Shown here in pieces: positions 1 to 13,247 of a DNA stretch of 64,000 nucleotides. Numbering within the stretch: the stretch's first letter is position 1; each line of letters begins with the position of its first letter. Source of the DNA: Tubulanus polymorphus (Eukaryota; Animalia; Nemertea); the NCBI RefSeq assembly GCF_964204645.1, contig NW_027437445.1, positions 1-64,000 of the forward strand. The letters are read 5' to 3'. A program made the position numbers and the translations under genes. The notes under the pieces were generated by a model. That model was not told the DNA's origin, ran no database searches, and worked only from the letters and a program-made list of their open reading frames with translations.

Positions 1-559
1 TGGGAATAATAAGCTCCACTCGACAAACTCGTTCCCGTGCATTTTTATCTCTGTTTCAGCACACACACAGCCCCTCTACCATCAATGCCTAACCCCTGTT
101 CGACCAACTGTGGGCGTTTTCCTTTGAAACATAAGCCTAATTGTAAAAGATAAGCATTAATCTATGTTAATGCTGCATCTTTATCATGAAACCTAAGAAA
201 GATTATTCTATTATTTAGGCCTATTTAAATTTTCTGTCCACTACCACGTGGAAATAAGACCCAGTCAAAATTATGCATCACGCTTTGACGAAGAAATTGG
301 TTCTAGGCTATAAATTTTACGACTCAAACGAATCTTTTCCTCAAGCTTTTAGCCGCTTTTAGTTTGATGCAAAATGTCATTTGCTTTTTAAATGTGTAAC
401 TAGGCCTAATCAAAAGGAAAATTCAAAAGCAAACTTTGCCGGGCCAAGAGCCACATTGAATTCAATTTTTTCTGAACCATTATGCCTCTTTCATCATAAC
501 ATTATTTATCCTTTTTCAAGATCTTAGGCCTACAAGTAGAGAGAGGGCCTACGTTGGGT

Positions 560-1090
560 TCAAATCGGAATTTTAAGATTTATTTCATTTTATTCCAGGT
601 TTTCACTGTAGATTATCAAAGACATTTGGCGTTGTGGGAGTTCATAGTTGTTTGATAATCCATCATTTGTAAGTGTAAGGCTATTTGAGGGATTCGAAAC
701 CGACACTTTGTAAATTTTGTAGCTTTATTACGTTTAATTCCAGATGTTTATCATGACACGTTTCATTTTGGGGGTTTGTCAGCGAGTTGGTATGCTGTCG
801 GCAGAAGTAGTTTGATAATTCGTTTCATGTAAGTAAACAGCTATTTGAAGGATTCGAAACCGAAATCTGTATTGTGAATTTTTTAGTTGTATTTTGTTTG
901 ATTCTAGGTGAATAGGACATGATTCATTTTGGGAGTTTGTCCGCGAGTTTGTATACTGTCAAATGAAGTTTCTTCGTCAATTTGTCGTATGTAAGTATCA
1001 ATCTATAGGTTATATAGGCCCTATTAGGGGTTCGATACAGAAATTTGGTGAATTGCTCAGATTTATTTTAATTTATTCCAGGTTGTTATC
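560..1090. repeat. Degenerate ~160-bp tandem repeat, about 3 copies
   Basis: Blocks GGATTCGAAACCGA, TTCATTTTGGG.GTTTGTC.GCGAGTT and TGTAAGT recur; the first block is at ~690, ~850 and ~1030. Confidence 0.55.
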
Positions 1091-3345
1091 AGAAAAATAT
1101 GTACTTTATTTCATAGGTTGGTCTTTGATTGAAAACTAAAAATGGATGATAGTTCTAAATTTGATGTTGATTCACATGACCAATCTAGTAAGTATGGCTC
1201 ACTCGTCTTTTAGAATAAGAGACCTATTGCATTAATCCTTCAATTCAAGTTGCTATACAACCTTTTATACAGATATTTACCTTATGTAACATGTATTTGC
1301 CATTAGCCATACAATTTAGTAAAACTTTTCCCGTCCAGATTTTGAAACATCATTTGACTCAATTTTTCCTCCTAGAAAATTGCTTTAGCTCATTCCAATG
1401 TTCGCAGTAAAAATGAATGTAGCATGTATGATTCCCATCCATCAATTTTGTCTTGTTTCGTATTTTTAGCGAAAATCTCGAAAAAGTCTGACGTCGAGGC
1501 AGGTGGTGGCCAGACAAAGACATATTCTTGGGAAATATTTAAAGACGCATGGCAAACACACTTATTGTTCACTTTTTTCCTATCCTTATTTTGAAATTGA
1601 AGTATTGTAATAAACTATTGATTTATTTTTGTTGATCAACACAACTAGTTTTGTTGTTTTCTTTCTTAATTTACATTTGAATTGGATGGTCATCTTGCGT
1701 AGGAGTCAGTTTGTCATCGAAGCAATACAGTCTAACTTGTTGACGATGCAGCGGGGCAGGGCGGTCATTACATTGTGGACTTATCCAAATTACACTTACA
1801 CAGCCCAACGTGTTTCAGTGTGTAAACTCCGTCGTACTCGGCATTATAAGACAGTGAGGAATTGAGTTTTAGTCACCTGAGCCCTCGGCTTGATTCGACC
1901 AAAAAGACCTTAACTGACTTCACAGAATTTGATTATGAGTCAAGGATTTTCTAAATTTCTGAATGCTTTCTCTGGTTTTAAGATCAATTCAAATTCAATC
2001 TTCAAAATATTTTATTGAAAGAAATTCTCCTGAGGACAGATTTTGAAATGAAGGATATATCTAGGCAAATAATTATAGCAAAATCAACTGATGATCATCA
2101 AGGTGAAGTTTTCATTCATCTTCGGCTAATTTGTCTACCCCTGATGATTGAAGCATTTCGGTTACTCGCGCCAATTAGTCAGCCACAGTCGATTCTCATG
2201 CCATCTGACCTCTTTCCATCTGTAATTAAGCAATCAAATGTAAGAATTACTTAGGTAAGGAGCGAAATAATATATAGATATCTTAGGAGACTATTTGAAA
2301 TCATGATTTTGTTGTGAAAATCTATTACTACAGTCTCGTAGAGCATGGACACCAAGCCACGTGGCATTGGTATTTTAAGGGCAATTCAGTTTACTCCAAA
2401 ACAAGTCAATGATTAACATTAAAAAAGCTTCATATCAAGGGTATGTCGCAGGACTCGTGACGCCCATGAATTATCATCCCATAATTACAATGAACCCAAT
2501 TATGCATGTACGTTAGCACGACTGATTACTAATCCAAATATTGCATTACAAAAAAAAAATTACGCAAAACGTCAAGTACTTACAGCATCTGAGACAGTTG
2601 CGCTTAAGTTAGCGTGTTAAGTTACGTCTTTGGCTGTCAATGTCGAAAAAGCCTAATTTGAAACATACATTTGCGCACTGTGGTTTAATATTCCTGCAAG
2701 AATCCGCAAAGGAATTGAAGACCGTAGTTCCCAGTTCATTCCACGAATAATAGCTGGAAAGAAAGTAATCAAAATAAATTGTCATGCACATTCAGTGTAA
2801 ACCAGGCCATAACTAGCTGCTATTAAGGCATTCCACTGACTGGCTCTACCCATTATATTTAGGGCCTAAATCTATTCTAGGCGCATCCCCCAAAAAAGCT
2901 AGGCATTAAGTAAGTAGCCAACAATGATCATTGCTTCACCGAGTAGGCCTACTCATTTGCTACCATACTCATATTATTAAAGAAATCATTTAATACATTC
3001 CCTGGTTAACGGATTCTCACCTTAAAATACATAAACTCCGCTGTCGTTGTCATCGATCCGAGTCGTCAACTGAACGCGGAAGTAAAATTCCGTGTGAAAA
3101 TCCCTAAAATTTCTGTCCATATCACGTTGATTTGACCCCGAAATCTTCAGGAAATGTAGCCAACGTAAATTGATTTACGAATAGAATTAATCAATTGACT
3201 CATTTTGGAAATCATGGTTTCGTGAAATTCATTAAAGTCCTAAAACTCGCGATATATTTAAGCCGAAAATGATTTCAACCATCCACCATGTTGTTTCATT
3301 AATAAAACAATTGTTGCGCGCCGGCGCTGTACTGTGATAATGCAT

Positions 3346-3414
3346 GGTTTCACTAGGATTCGAACCCTCGCCCTCTCAGTTGGGAGTCAGACACCTTATC
3401 CACCATGCCACAGG
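3346..3414 (-). mobile_element. tRNA-derived SINE head or tRNA pseudogene
   Basis: Minus strand reads GTGGCATGGTGG (A-box-like) ... CTGACTCCCAA ... GGTTCGAATCC (B-box); acceptor stem does not pair; a more decayed similar segment lies at ~5447-5516. Confidence 0.55.
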
Positions 3415-6400
3415 ACAGGACGCTCTTTTTATCGTTAGTGGGAGTACCGGACAGGGCGAGTCGCGATTGCTACTATCATCCGGTGTTATCTTTCAGTAAG
3501 TAATTTTAAGTTTAAAATAGGACGGAGAGTGCATAGGTATAATCTACGCGGAGCGAATGCGTGTTATATTACTATCAGAATTCTTCATTTCAATTAGAAG
3601 CAGTTAGTTGTCGAATCTGATAGAAGATGAATTTTATGTGCGAAAAAAAGTGGAAAATATGTAAATAATAATAATAACAATCAACAGAATTACAAAAGGG
3701 TTTTCGACGAAAGTCAGAAAACCCTAAATATAGCTGCCAAGCAGCGATGACGGGTTTTCTGCAAAGCCATTCAGAATGATGGGAATGGTAGTAAATTGAA
3801 ATATCGATACATAGAATAAAATGCATTGACAGATTCGAACCTAATATGCCGTGTAAACGTCAAATATGATTCAGCTTTGAAACCGAACATACGTGGACGT
3901 ACAATCACAAATATTAATTTATTTGACCAGCCATTTATTTTGGCATTCAAACATCATGATACTATATTATCACCATCCTTAAAAATGGATCTCTCCTATT
4001 AAGAACTCATCTTAAGCACCTGCTGAGTCGATAGATTGAGTGAATTTACAGATAAGAACGTACTATGATTTAGAATAGATTTAAGAAGTTAATTTTTTTA
4101 TTGAAATATTTGAATAAATACATATATTGTAGTGTAGATTCAATCAATAAATTATGAATTGATCTGGTCTGGGTTTCCGGCTGATGTTGATTTTGGCTTT
4201 CATGGATTACAAATTCTATAGTGATAAACAATTGATACCTGCAACATGTGTGTAAATCAAACCTATTCCACTTGTTGCGTGTGTTTCCTAATAAACAGGA
4301 GAGTCACTCTTGATCCGAGTTATTAGAAAAATAATGTTCATTTAGTTATAGAAATTCATTGCCTTTTTGGAAACTCTGTAATAATATTTGTTCTGTCCTA
4401 ATTTTTATTACTGTATGAACCATTGATATGCTTTGTAAATATGATGTAATAAAATAAATTTGAATTTGAATTAAATGTGAACATGAGAATCAAGCATAAC
4501 TTCTGTTTTTTCAACTTGTCTTTTGTTAACAGTTCCAGAGTTTCAATTACAATCAAATCCAAATTGGCTAAAAAGTACATAGGACTAAATGAAATGAACC
4601 GTTAGTTACTGCAAACCTATTCCAGTATTATGTCGATCGTGTTGAATCACTTTCCTTGAGTTGAAAGAATCAGATCTTCTATGGTGCAACATCGTTCGAA
4701 GAGAGATATCTTGGTGTTGACTGTCCTTGACCATCTAACTTCATGCGTTTGACATTGGAATCAGCATCATACCCATTTGAACTGCAAAATATTCATACAA
4801 AATGAAAACCTACAGTACATGTATACAGTAATCAAACTTTCACCGATGTTGGATATTTGAATGAACGTTGGGCTTATTTCAGTATTCTAAAGCAGGAAAT
4901 AATAAGCCCAATAAATTGGCCCTATTTCCATTGGAACAATTGTATAATGCGTACAGCAGCACTTATCAGTCAAGTATGGAGAAATCGGTATACCAAACCT
5001 ACGAACAGCAAAATGTACAGGCCTAAAATGATTTCTGGTATACAAGCCGTGACCACATCAACGTTTTGGTTTGACTATTAATGTCAGCAGGTCAGAGAAG
5101 GCCTGGCCAAATTTAATCACATGGCTCAAATCAATTAGCCTTTCTGCGTGTGAATACTTCACTGTATTGTTTTAAAAATAGGCCTATCGAGTGAATTAGT
5201 ACAAAGACTGAATTAGACTTTAGGCTAGTCCTGACCAAATCCTATCCATGTTATAATTGCACCAGTTATAGTAACATCACTGTAGGGCCGACGAGAGGGA
5301 AAAAGTTGTGTTTGTAGTACATAGGCATGGTAGGCTTGTCGTACTCACTTAATACTTAAAATGCTGTTGTTACCTGTACGTGACTGGTCGGTGATTTCTA
5401 CAGGTTAGCCGTATGTGAGTACGTTGACGCTCAGACTTGCAATATTGGGATTCGAAACCAAACGAAAAAAAATCCAGTTGTAGTCCAGTGATTTTTTACC
5501 CACCACAGTGCCACAGAACGTAACTGCAGGGTGGATGAAATTTGATTTACAAATAGCCTAGCCTCACCTTACCCAAACTCTATTCTTTCACGCATTTATA
5601 GTAACTCACGTACGGCGTTTTTAGGGAACTCACGTTCGGCGTTTTTAGGGAACTCACGTACGGTTAACCTGTGGATATCACCGTACAGTCACGTACGCGT
5701 AACAACTTCGTACTTAAAAAATGGTATTGGCTACTATATAATAGGCCTATAGACAAATAAATACCGGTAGGCTTTCTTAGCTTCCACACTTCACAACCGA
5801 ACCAACTGACCAACCAGTATATTTATTCCCAATCCCAGTACGCACCAACCGGCACAGGCCTAACACTGTTTGTCAACTGTGTGTACCGTAGTAGGCTATC
5901 GATAATCACCTGATACTTTTCTGTCGTTTGTTTTCTCTCTGAGACGATGTAATTCTGCACCGTAATTCTAGTAGCCCTCCGCGACTCAACGACCTTGATT
6001 TAAACTTGATCAATTAAAAATCTGTTTATTGACGCTTTTCGTTACATGAACTGATCAGCAATATACTTAAATGAAATAACCGGAATAACAAGAAATCAAA
6101 AATATTAAAGAGGTAACAAACAAATGCCCGTAAACCTGTCAGACACGCGAACGCCGGACTCGTAAACTATTGGACTCGGACCCGCTGAGCAATAAATTCA
6201 TAAAATTGACTTTGAAATTGATTGTGGAGAAGAGAGGGAATTATTCGATAGCTCTTCCTCGAAAAGAAGAGAGAAATTTCGGAAAAAAAAACAACATTGC
6301 TACTAATTGAACGGAGCCAAATTTCCGATGTTTACGGCTCGTGGATTTATCAAAATTCCCATACAGTATCTGGAGATTGAAGTGAGCTGAAGGATATCAT

Positions 6401-6484
6401 ACGGATTGTATCGGCGACAGCGGTAAGGTAAGGAAGCCTTTACACTTTTAACAAAAACTGTGTGGAAAAGGGAAAAAAAATGAA

Positions 6485-7154
6485 TATAGCTGCAAAGCAG
6501 CGATAACGGGTTTCTGCCTTGCTGGATGAGGAGCGCCACTTAGGGGTCAGCTGATAACATGGCTATGTTGATTCACATGGGATACTACGCGAACAGTTCT
6601 AATGTACCAAGGTTAGGGGATACGACACCGAGAATAACGAAGATACGGTACTTTTACCATGCCCAAGTGGCCGGTAATTTGCCGGTTAGCATACTACTGA
6701 ATTACAATCGAAAAAACCGATGCTAGAATGAGTTTTCAACATTAACGCCCCCTAGTGGTTAAAATAGGAACTAATTATGTTAGGGATTCGTTGTATCTCA
6801 TATCCAGGTACATGTATATCAATTTTCATAGAAATCCCTTTATCCGCTTAGTAGCTATCAATGAAAATGCATTTCCAGCAAAATGTAGGTGGCGCTCCTG
6901 AAGAACCATATAAGTTACCTACTTAAACCATACATCCATACTTCACAAGTATCTTGAAAAGGGCTGCTAAACTGAATCGGGCTTAAATTTCGATGTTTAG
7001 AGGCTCACAGTGAGTAAACAGTGGCATACTGATTGATATTATACGCAGTATTTGTCAATGCAGCGTAGTACTTGTGATACAGAATGGATTCACCGACAGC
7101 GAAAGTAAGTTGCAGTAGTTTATATGCTTTCAGTAAGATCCAGTGTGAAAAAGG

Positions 7155-7190
<36 letters not shown>

Positions 7191-7450
7191 TAATAATAAT
7201 CAGCAGGAATACAATAGGGTTTCTGCGAAGGCAGCAGAAACCCTAATAATCACGCGTATTTCAATAGGGTTTTCTGTGAAGAAACAGACAACCCTAATAA
7301 TCATGCGAATTTCAATAGGGTTTTCTGTGAAGAAACAGAAAACCCTAATAATCACGCGAATTTCAATAGGGTTTTTACTGTGAAGAAACAGAAAACCCTA
7401 ATAATCACGCGAATTTCAATAGCGTTTTCTGTGAAGAAACAGAAATCCCT
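6485..7450 (+). mobile_element. Non-autonomous Helentron/HINE (DINE-1-like) element with tandemly amplified 3' hairpin
   Basis: 5' TATAGCTGCAAAGCAGCGATAACGGGTTTCTGC; internal (AAT)n; 3' stem-loop AGGGTTTCTGC...GCAGAAACCCT complementary to the 5' subterminal motif; the ~51-bp hairpin unit repeats 5 times at 7213-7450. Confidence 0.5.
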
Positions 7451-7543
7451 TATTACATATCTTCAACTAGCTAGTATTTAAAATTCTTTAACTTTAACTA
7501 GCTAGAATACTTATATTTTTTTTTCGCTTTTTCTCTAATATAA

Positions 7544-8125
7544 ATGTCAAAGAAATTGAGTAAAAATAATACCGATATTGAAAAGACAATTGAGGATTTA
7601 GGAATTGCAGATAATAAAGATACAGTTGTTTCTAATTGTGCTCAAGTTGATAATAATATTGATTTTGAATACTATTTAACATGTAAGCACCATCTTGAAT
7701 AACTAATTGCTGGTGGAATTAAATCTAAGGATTTCTTGGGAAAAATTATAACTTTTCAAGAATTAGATGCCATGAAACCAGATAAAGTAATCAAACATTT
7801 CAAGATATATGAAGAAGCTAGATTAGCTCGAATAAACGACTCTATAAGTGATGGTATTATAAAATGTTATTCTAAATTATGTAACCGGATAATACCAATT
7901 GATGATGAAAATAAATTATATATCGATTTAAAAAATGACTACTTAGTTATGACAGAATTACAAATATGGGTTGGATACGCTTCATTCCAATTAGGTGGAA
8001 TGATGACATTAATTTCTACTGCAGTTATAACATTTTCTAATATCAAACCTATAGCATGTAAAGATAAAAGTAAATCAGAAGATATTGAAACAGAACAAAA
8101 ATTAAGCAGAATAAATAAGCGATGA
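7544..8125 (+). pseudogene. Polinton hypothetical protein hypA
   Basis: TAAATG start at 7544, internal stop near 7700; homologous to 12463-12873 (FKIYExARxARIND, LKNDYLVMTEL). Confidence 0.75.
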
Positions 8126-8479
8126 TATTAAGAAGAGACCTAGATCTCAAAAACAAATTAAATGGGCAAGGGAATTAGGTAAAGATCTGCAGAATTAAAA
8201 AAAGCTAAGAAAAAGAAATTGACTGATATAAATGAACCACAGAAATTATCTGTTATTGATTTGAATGATAATCCATCTGATTCTTCTAATGCTGGAAGTA
8301 ATAAAAAATTATATATTACAATTGGATTAGTAACAGTTATTATATTCTCTGGTGTAATATATAAATATAGGTATAAATCTGATGATAAAGATGATTCCGA
8401 TGATAAACCTATTATACCAGAAAATAAATCAAATGATAAAATCATTAAAAAAAAACCAAGATTATTATTAATGGATTAA
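8121..8479 (+). pseudogene. Polinton hypothetical protein hypB, single TM segment
   Basis: RPRSQKQIKWARELG in a shifted frame matches KPRTQKQIEWSRQLG of 12172-12399; hydrophobic LYITIGLVTVIIFSGVIY. Confidence 0.65.
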
Positions 8480-8488
8480 ATAAATAAG

Positions 8489-9559
8489 ATGAAAAAAAGA
8501 ACAATATTTAAGAGATTTATATTATAACCCAGAGAGTGAAGTATAATATTCTAGTGTTTCAGAATTATGGGATAAAATTAAAACTGATAAAGAAAATATA
8601 GAATATAGTGAACTAAGATTATGGTTACAAAATCAACCAACATATCAAATCCATAAGAAAATGGATAAAAATTATTTAACAAGAAAAGTTATGGTTTCAT
8701 ATATCGATCACCAATGGCAAGCGGATTTAATTAACATGAAGAACTTAGAGGAATACAACAAAGGTTATTTCTGGATATTAAATGTTATAGATATATTCAG
8801 CAGATACGCATGGAGTATACCAATAAAGAATAAAACAGGCATAGAAGTTACAAATGCTTTTAAAAATATATTTAAAGAAGCTATCCCAGGTAAGATACAA
8901 TTTGATGAAGGTCAGGAATTCTATAATAAACATTGAAAAAAATTATTATCTGATAACGATGTAGAGTATTTTTCAACACACTCAGATAAAAAAGCATCTA
9001 TTATAGAAAGATTTAATAAAACATTGAAAACTAGAATGTGGAAATATTTTACTGCTTATGAAACATATAAATATATCGACGTGTTAGATGATTTAGTGAA
9101 AGGTTATAGTAATTCTAAATATTCTAGTATTGGTATGAAACTAATAAATGCTAGAAAAGAAGATAATTCAGAAAAAGTTTGGAATAATTTATATGGAGCA
9201 TTTGTTACACATGATTTTGGAGAACCAAAATTTAAAATAGGACAGCATGTAAGAATATCTAAATATAGAGAAACATTTTATGAACGTTATACTTCAAATT
9301 TTACAGAAGAAATATTCAAGATTAAAAAGACAATATTAACTAAACCTTTTGTTTATAAATTAGAAGATTTAAAGAAATATAAGTTATTTCTATGAACAAG
9401 AATTATCACTTGTGCCAAATCCAGATGAAATAGAATACAAAATAGAAAAAGTATTTAGAACAAAAGCTCTTAAAGGAAAAAAGTATTCTTTGGTGAAATA
9501 TAAAGCGTATGATGATAAATTTATTGAATGGATTTCATCTAGTAAAATTAAAAGAATAA
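8489..9559 (+). pseudogene. Polinton retroviral-type integrase with chromodomain (frameshifted)
   Basis: WQADLINM, IDIFSRYAW, IQFDEGQEF and ERFNKTLK motifs spread over ORFs 8661 and 9024. Confidence 0.9.
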
Positions 9560-10151
9560 ATGAATAAAGATTCATTTATATTTGAACCACGTAACCAACT
9601 GTGGTAAAACACATTTCATATAAGATTTATTAGAAACTATTTATAAGAATCATTTTGATAATATAATATTATTCTGCCCTACTTATGAAATGAAGAAAAC
9701 ATACACTAGAGATATAGTTAAGATAAAAAAGTTTATTGTATTCAATCCTAAAACAGTAAAAGAAAATTTAGATAATTGTATTAAAATAGCAATTGATATT
9801 TATAAAGGATCAAATACATTATTCATCATAGATGATTGCGCTAATTTACATGATTCAAAAGTTAGAGAGAGAGAACTATGTTATTTAGCTTTTTCTGGTA
9901 GACATTTTGGGATAACAACATGGGTTTTAAATCAAAAATATAATTCAATTGTTAAAGGTTTTAGGGAGAATATAAGATTTCTAGTTTTATTCTACAATAA
10001 AGATAGAAAATCAATGCAACAATCATTTCAAGAAAATCAAATTATACCTACTGAATTACATGATGAATATATGAATAAATTAAAAAGTAATAAAGGTTCA
10101 AAATTACTTCTGAAGCTTCAATTTCCTTATGAATATGAATTTATAAAATAA
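9560..10151 (+). pseudogene. Polinton A32-like packaging ATPase, Walker A region damaged
   Basis: FIIDDCA (Walker B), GRHFGITT, NQKY; the N-terminus lacks the NMLISG seen in copy C. Confidence 0.88.
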
Positions 10152-10169
10152 GGCATTGAAAGCATTTAT

Positions 10170-10420
10170 GTATTAGATACGTATTAGATACGTATTAGAT
10201 ACCTTATTACGTATTAAGTACGAATTAGGTAGGTATTAGATATATTAATACTTAAAACCCCCTTTTTTAAAATATAATATTTATTTTAATTTTTCAACTA
10301 ATATATTTTTATTTTTTCAACTAAGTTTGAAAATAATAAAGGTTATTTAGATTAATAAATATTAGATACATAAATACTTAAATACGTATTAGATACGTAT
10401 TAGATACGTGTTAAATACCT
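10170..10420. repeat. 10-bp minisatellite (GTATTAGATAC-like) between convergent Polinton genes
   Basis: Two clusters of TATTAGATACG repeats at ~10170-10250 and ~10360-10420. Confidence 0.7.
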
Positions 10421-10479
10421 AAATGCTTAAAACCCCTTTGTTTATTAACTATTATTTTATACCATTTTCAACTATTATT

Positions 10480-11304
10480 TTATATGAATGTGAGATAATT
10501 AACATCATTTTCATCATCATCCTCCAATTCATCATCAGACTCTAACAATCTATTAAACCTATCTACCGGATCATCATAAGTTTCTTCATTATAATCCTTT
10601 TTCATCCTATCGACCGCATCATTAATAGTTCCTACTTTACGTTTCGTCCAATCTGTATCTATATAATCTTCATTATTAATATGCTTATGTGTAACTATAT
10701 TTTCATTATCCTCTTTCTTAGTGTTGGACCTTAATATTTTATTTACAATGTTTGATCCTAATATTTTATTAGCATCAGTTAAATCTAATTCATCTTTACT
10801 GTGTTCAGGTTCCTTAGATAAAAATTCACCTAATAAATCTTTATATAAATCTTTACCATTTACTTTTTTATTTGAAACAAACTTTGTTACATATCTAAAT
10901 GGGTGTTCTATAAATTATCTTAAACCAACGCGTTTTATAACATTAGTAATATTTACAGCTGTATTCATATGGTTATTCCAATTTGATGGGCTGTTTGAAA
11001 ATTCACCTTTACAATAATCACAATAATTTCTTTTTTCACTATAATCTAATATTATTTCATTATTATATGTAGAAGGTAAAACATTATCAGATGTAGAAGG
11101 TAAAACATTATTATCAATTTCATTACTTAAATTATCAACAACTTTACTTTTATTATTATCGATTTCTATTAGTTTAGTTTTATAATTTTTGAAAATATAA
11201 TCAAATATCAAAGCTATTTTACAAGGTATTACATAATATAAGCCATCATTATTTTCATGTTAATCAATGTATGGAATATGTTTATACACTTTACCTGCCT
11301 CCAT
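10480..11304 (-). pseudogene. Polinton A hypothetical gene with CxxC/His motif (disrupted)
   Basis: TAAATG start at 11304, early stop, ORF 10915-11211 (CDYCKG...NNH), acidic tail; 3' end approximate. Confidence 0.5.
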
Positions 11305-11335
11305 TTATTATAAAATTTTTATGAAAACTAAAATT

Positions 11336-11500
11336 TTAATACATAACACTATTCAATTGAGAATTTATGATATTTTATTGCGCGTCAGATATAATATAAA
11401 TGTGCATTTTGAAATTTAAGCTTCCTTTTTTCTTTGTCATGAATAATTGTATCCCTTCTTTAGTGTTCTGCAGCTTTTTACCAGATCCATGTAATAAATT
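11336..11500 (-). pseudogene. C-terminal fragment of Polinton A major capsid protein
   Basis: NLLHGSGKKLQNTKEGIQLFM...MHIYIISDAQ is nearly identical to the end of ORF 61505-62146; it is cut at the terminus of copy B. Confidence 0.9.
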
Positions 11501-11570
11501 AGTAATTGGTAAATCAGGGTTTTCAGACCAGAGTACGAGAGTACGACACACCACTAGTAATTTTTCCTCG
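11501..11570 (+). repeat. Polinton terminal (TIR-like) sequence
   Basis: AGTAATTGGTAAATCAGGGTTTTCAGACCAGAGTACGAGAGTACGACACACCACT aligns with 49253-49320. Confidence 0.75.
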
Positions 11571-11577
11571 TAATAAA

Positions 11578-11893
11578 TGGGAGGTAGAAAAGCATTCTTA
11601 GCAACAATAAATAACAGAATAAAACCAACAAAAAACAATTTGAAATAAAAAAGTTAGTCGATGTTACAAAAGAAATTGAACACAAAATATTGGAATTAGA
11701 AAAGATAAAAACTAAATATGGAGAAAAAGTAACAGCAAATTTAAGCTACTGTAATGTTAGTACAACGCATGAATTAAAAGTATTTTTACCTGATAAATGG
11801 GTTGCATTGAGTACAGAAGATTTAGAAGGATTTAAAATAATTTACCATGGGAAAAATGAAGACGGGCATCATGATTTAGAAGTTGTTGACTAA
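11578..11893 (+). pseudogene. Small terminal Polinton ORF (KTKYG...VFLP), disrupted
   Basis: TAAATG at 11575-11580, early stop/frameshift, then ORF 11690-11893. Confidence 0.55.
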
Positions 11894-12171
11894 ATAATTA
11901 AGAAATAAAAAAATGAATATCAAGAATCCGAAATGACTTATCTGGACAATTCAATTGCTCCGCGTAGATAGACAAAAGTAGTGAGATATTCAATTAATTA
12001 AAATAAAATTAAAATTTTTTTTGCTTTTTTTCTTAAATATTAATCCATTTTTCATTGTGAATTTTGGAATTTCAGAAGTATTTTCATTTTTTATGGCTGT
12101 AGTTTCAGAATTATTAATATCATAAATTTTATTTGATTTGTACCAAATACACCCAATCAAAATGAATACAA

Positions 12172-12399
12172 TTACAAATCCAGTTGATATAGATATTTAT
12201 CAAATATTCTATTATTAGAAGGAGTAGAAATAACAATATTTTCACCATTTTTATTAACATTTTTATTACTTATTTTTTCTTTTACCGCTTTTTTATATTC
12301 CTGTGATTTAATTCCTAATTGTCGAGACCATTCAATTTGTTTCTGAGTTCTCGGTTTTTCCTTCACATTTAATTCTTTCACCTCTTCCACTTCGCTCAT
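12172..12399 (-). pseudogene. Polinton hypothetical protein hypB (frameshifted before the TM segment)
   Basis: TAAATG start; homologous to 8121-8479. Confidence 0.65.
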
Positions 12400-12462
12400 T
12401 TATTGTAGAAAAATTTTTATTTTCAATATTTGAAAATGTTGATAATAGCGTCATAAATCCAC

Positions 12463-12873
12463 CTAATTGAAATGATATAAATATCCAATCCATATATTTA
12501 ATTCGGTCATAACTAAATAATCATTTTTTAAATCGGAATATAATCTATTTTCATCTTGAATTGGCAGCATATAATTACATAACTTACTATAACCTTTTAC
12601 TACATTTTCTGATATCGCATCATTAATTCTAGCTATTCTCGCAGTTTCATATATCTTAAATAATTTAATAATTTCATCTGATTTCATTGTATCTAATTCA
12701 TTATGAGTTAAATTTTTACTAATAAAACTTTTACATTTCCCAGATGCTATTAATATTTCTAATTGATGTTTGCAATAAAGATAATATTCATAATTATTGT
12801 TTGTAGTAATATCATTTAAAGCATTATTATTATCTGACGCTAATTTTGTTTCTGTTATACCTAAATCATCCAA
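12463..12873 (-). pseudogene. Polinton hypothetical protein hypA
   Basis: Homologous to 7544-8125; C-terminus frameshifted relative to that copy. Confidence 0.75.
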
Positions 12874-12959
12874 AGTTTTTTCAATTGGAACATTACTATT
12901 TTTAGATTTAATTTTCTTTTCACCTACTATTTATATAAGAAACAAATTACTTGTGTTGT

Positions 12960-13245
12960 TGTAACTAGCATTCAACTAGAATTTAACTAGAATGTAACTA
13001 AAAATATACTAGATTAACAAGCTAGTTGAAATATTGTTGTTTTTATTTATTTTTTGTTGAATTCTATTTGATTTTTGTTTCAACTACCAATAACTAGAAT
13101 TCAACTAGAATGTAACTAAAAATATACTAGATTAACAAGCTAGTTAAAATATTGTTATTTTTATTCATTTTATTTGTTTCAACTGCCAATAACTAAAATT
13201 TAACTAGAATGTGACTAAAATATACTAGATTAACAAGCTAGTTGA
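12960..13245. repeat. CTAG-rich intergenic repeat downstream of the Polinton ATPase
   Basis: Three copies of AACTAGAATGT.ACTAAAA..TACTAGATTAACAAGCTAGTT; the reverse complement recurs at 63920-64000. Confidence 0.75.
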
Positions 13246-13247
13246 GT

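Larger units (their letters stand above)
7451..11500. mobile_element. Polinton/Maverick copy A (degraded, both ends missing)
   Basis: Integrase, packaging ATPase, MCP tail and two hypothetical genes homologous to those of copies B and C, with several stops and frameshifts. Confidence 0.85.

Noticed and set aside
3346-3414. Functional tRNA-Gly(CCC)
   Set aside because: A and B boxes are present, but the acceptor and anticodon stems do not pair properly; better explained as SINE-derived
1390-6539. Short ORFs in the first 6.5 kb
   Set aside because: No motifs and no consistent exon structure; likely spurious
7084-7383. 99-aa ORF with poly-Asn and repeats
   Set aside because: Translation of (AAT)n and the 51-bp hairpin repeat
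11375-11638. 87-aa ORF with a signal-peptide-like N-terminus
   Set aside because: Chance fusion of Polinton B terminal sequence to the MCP tail of copy A
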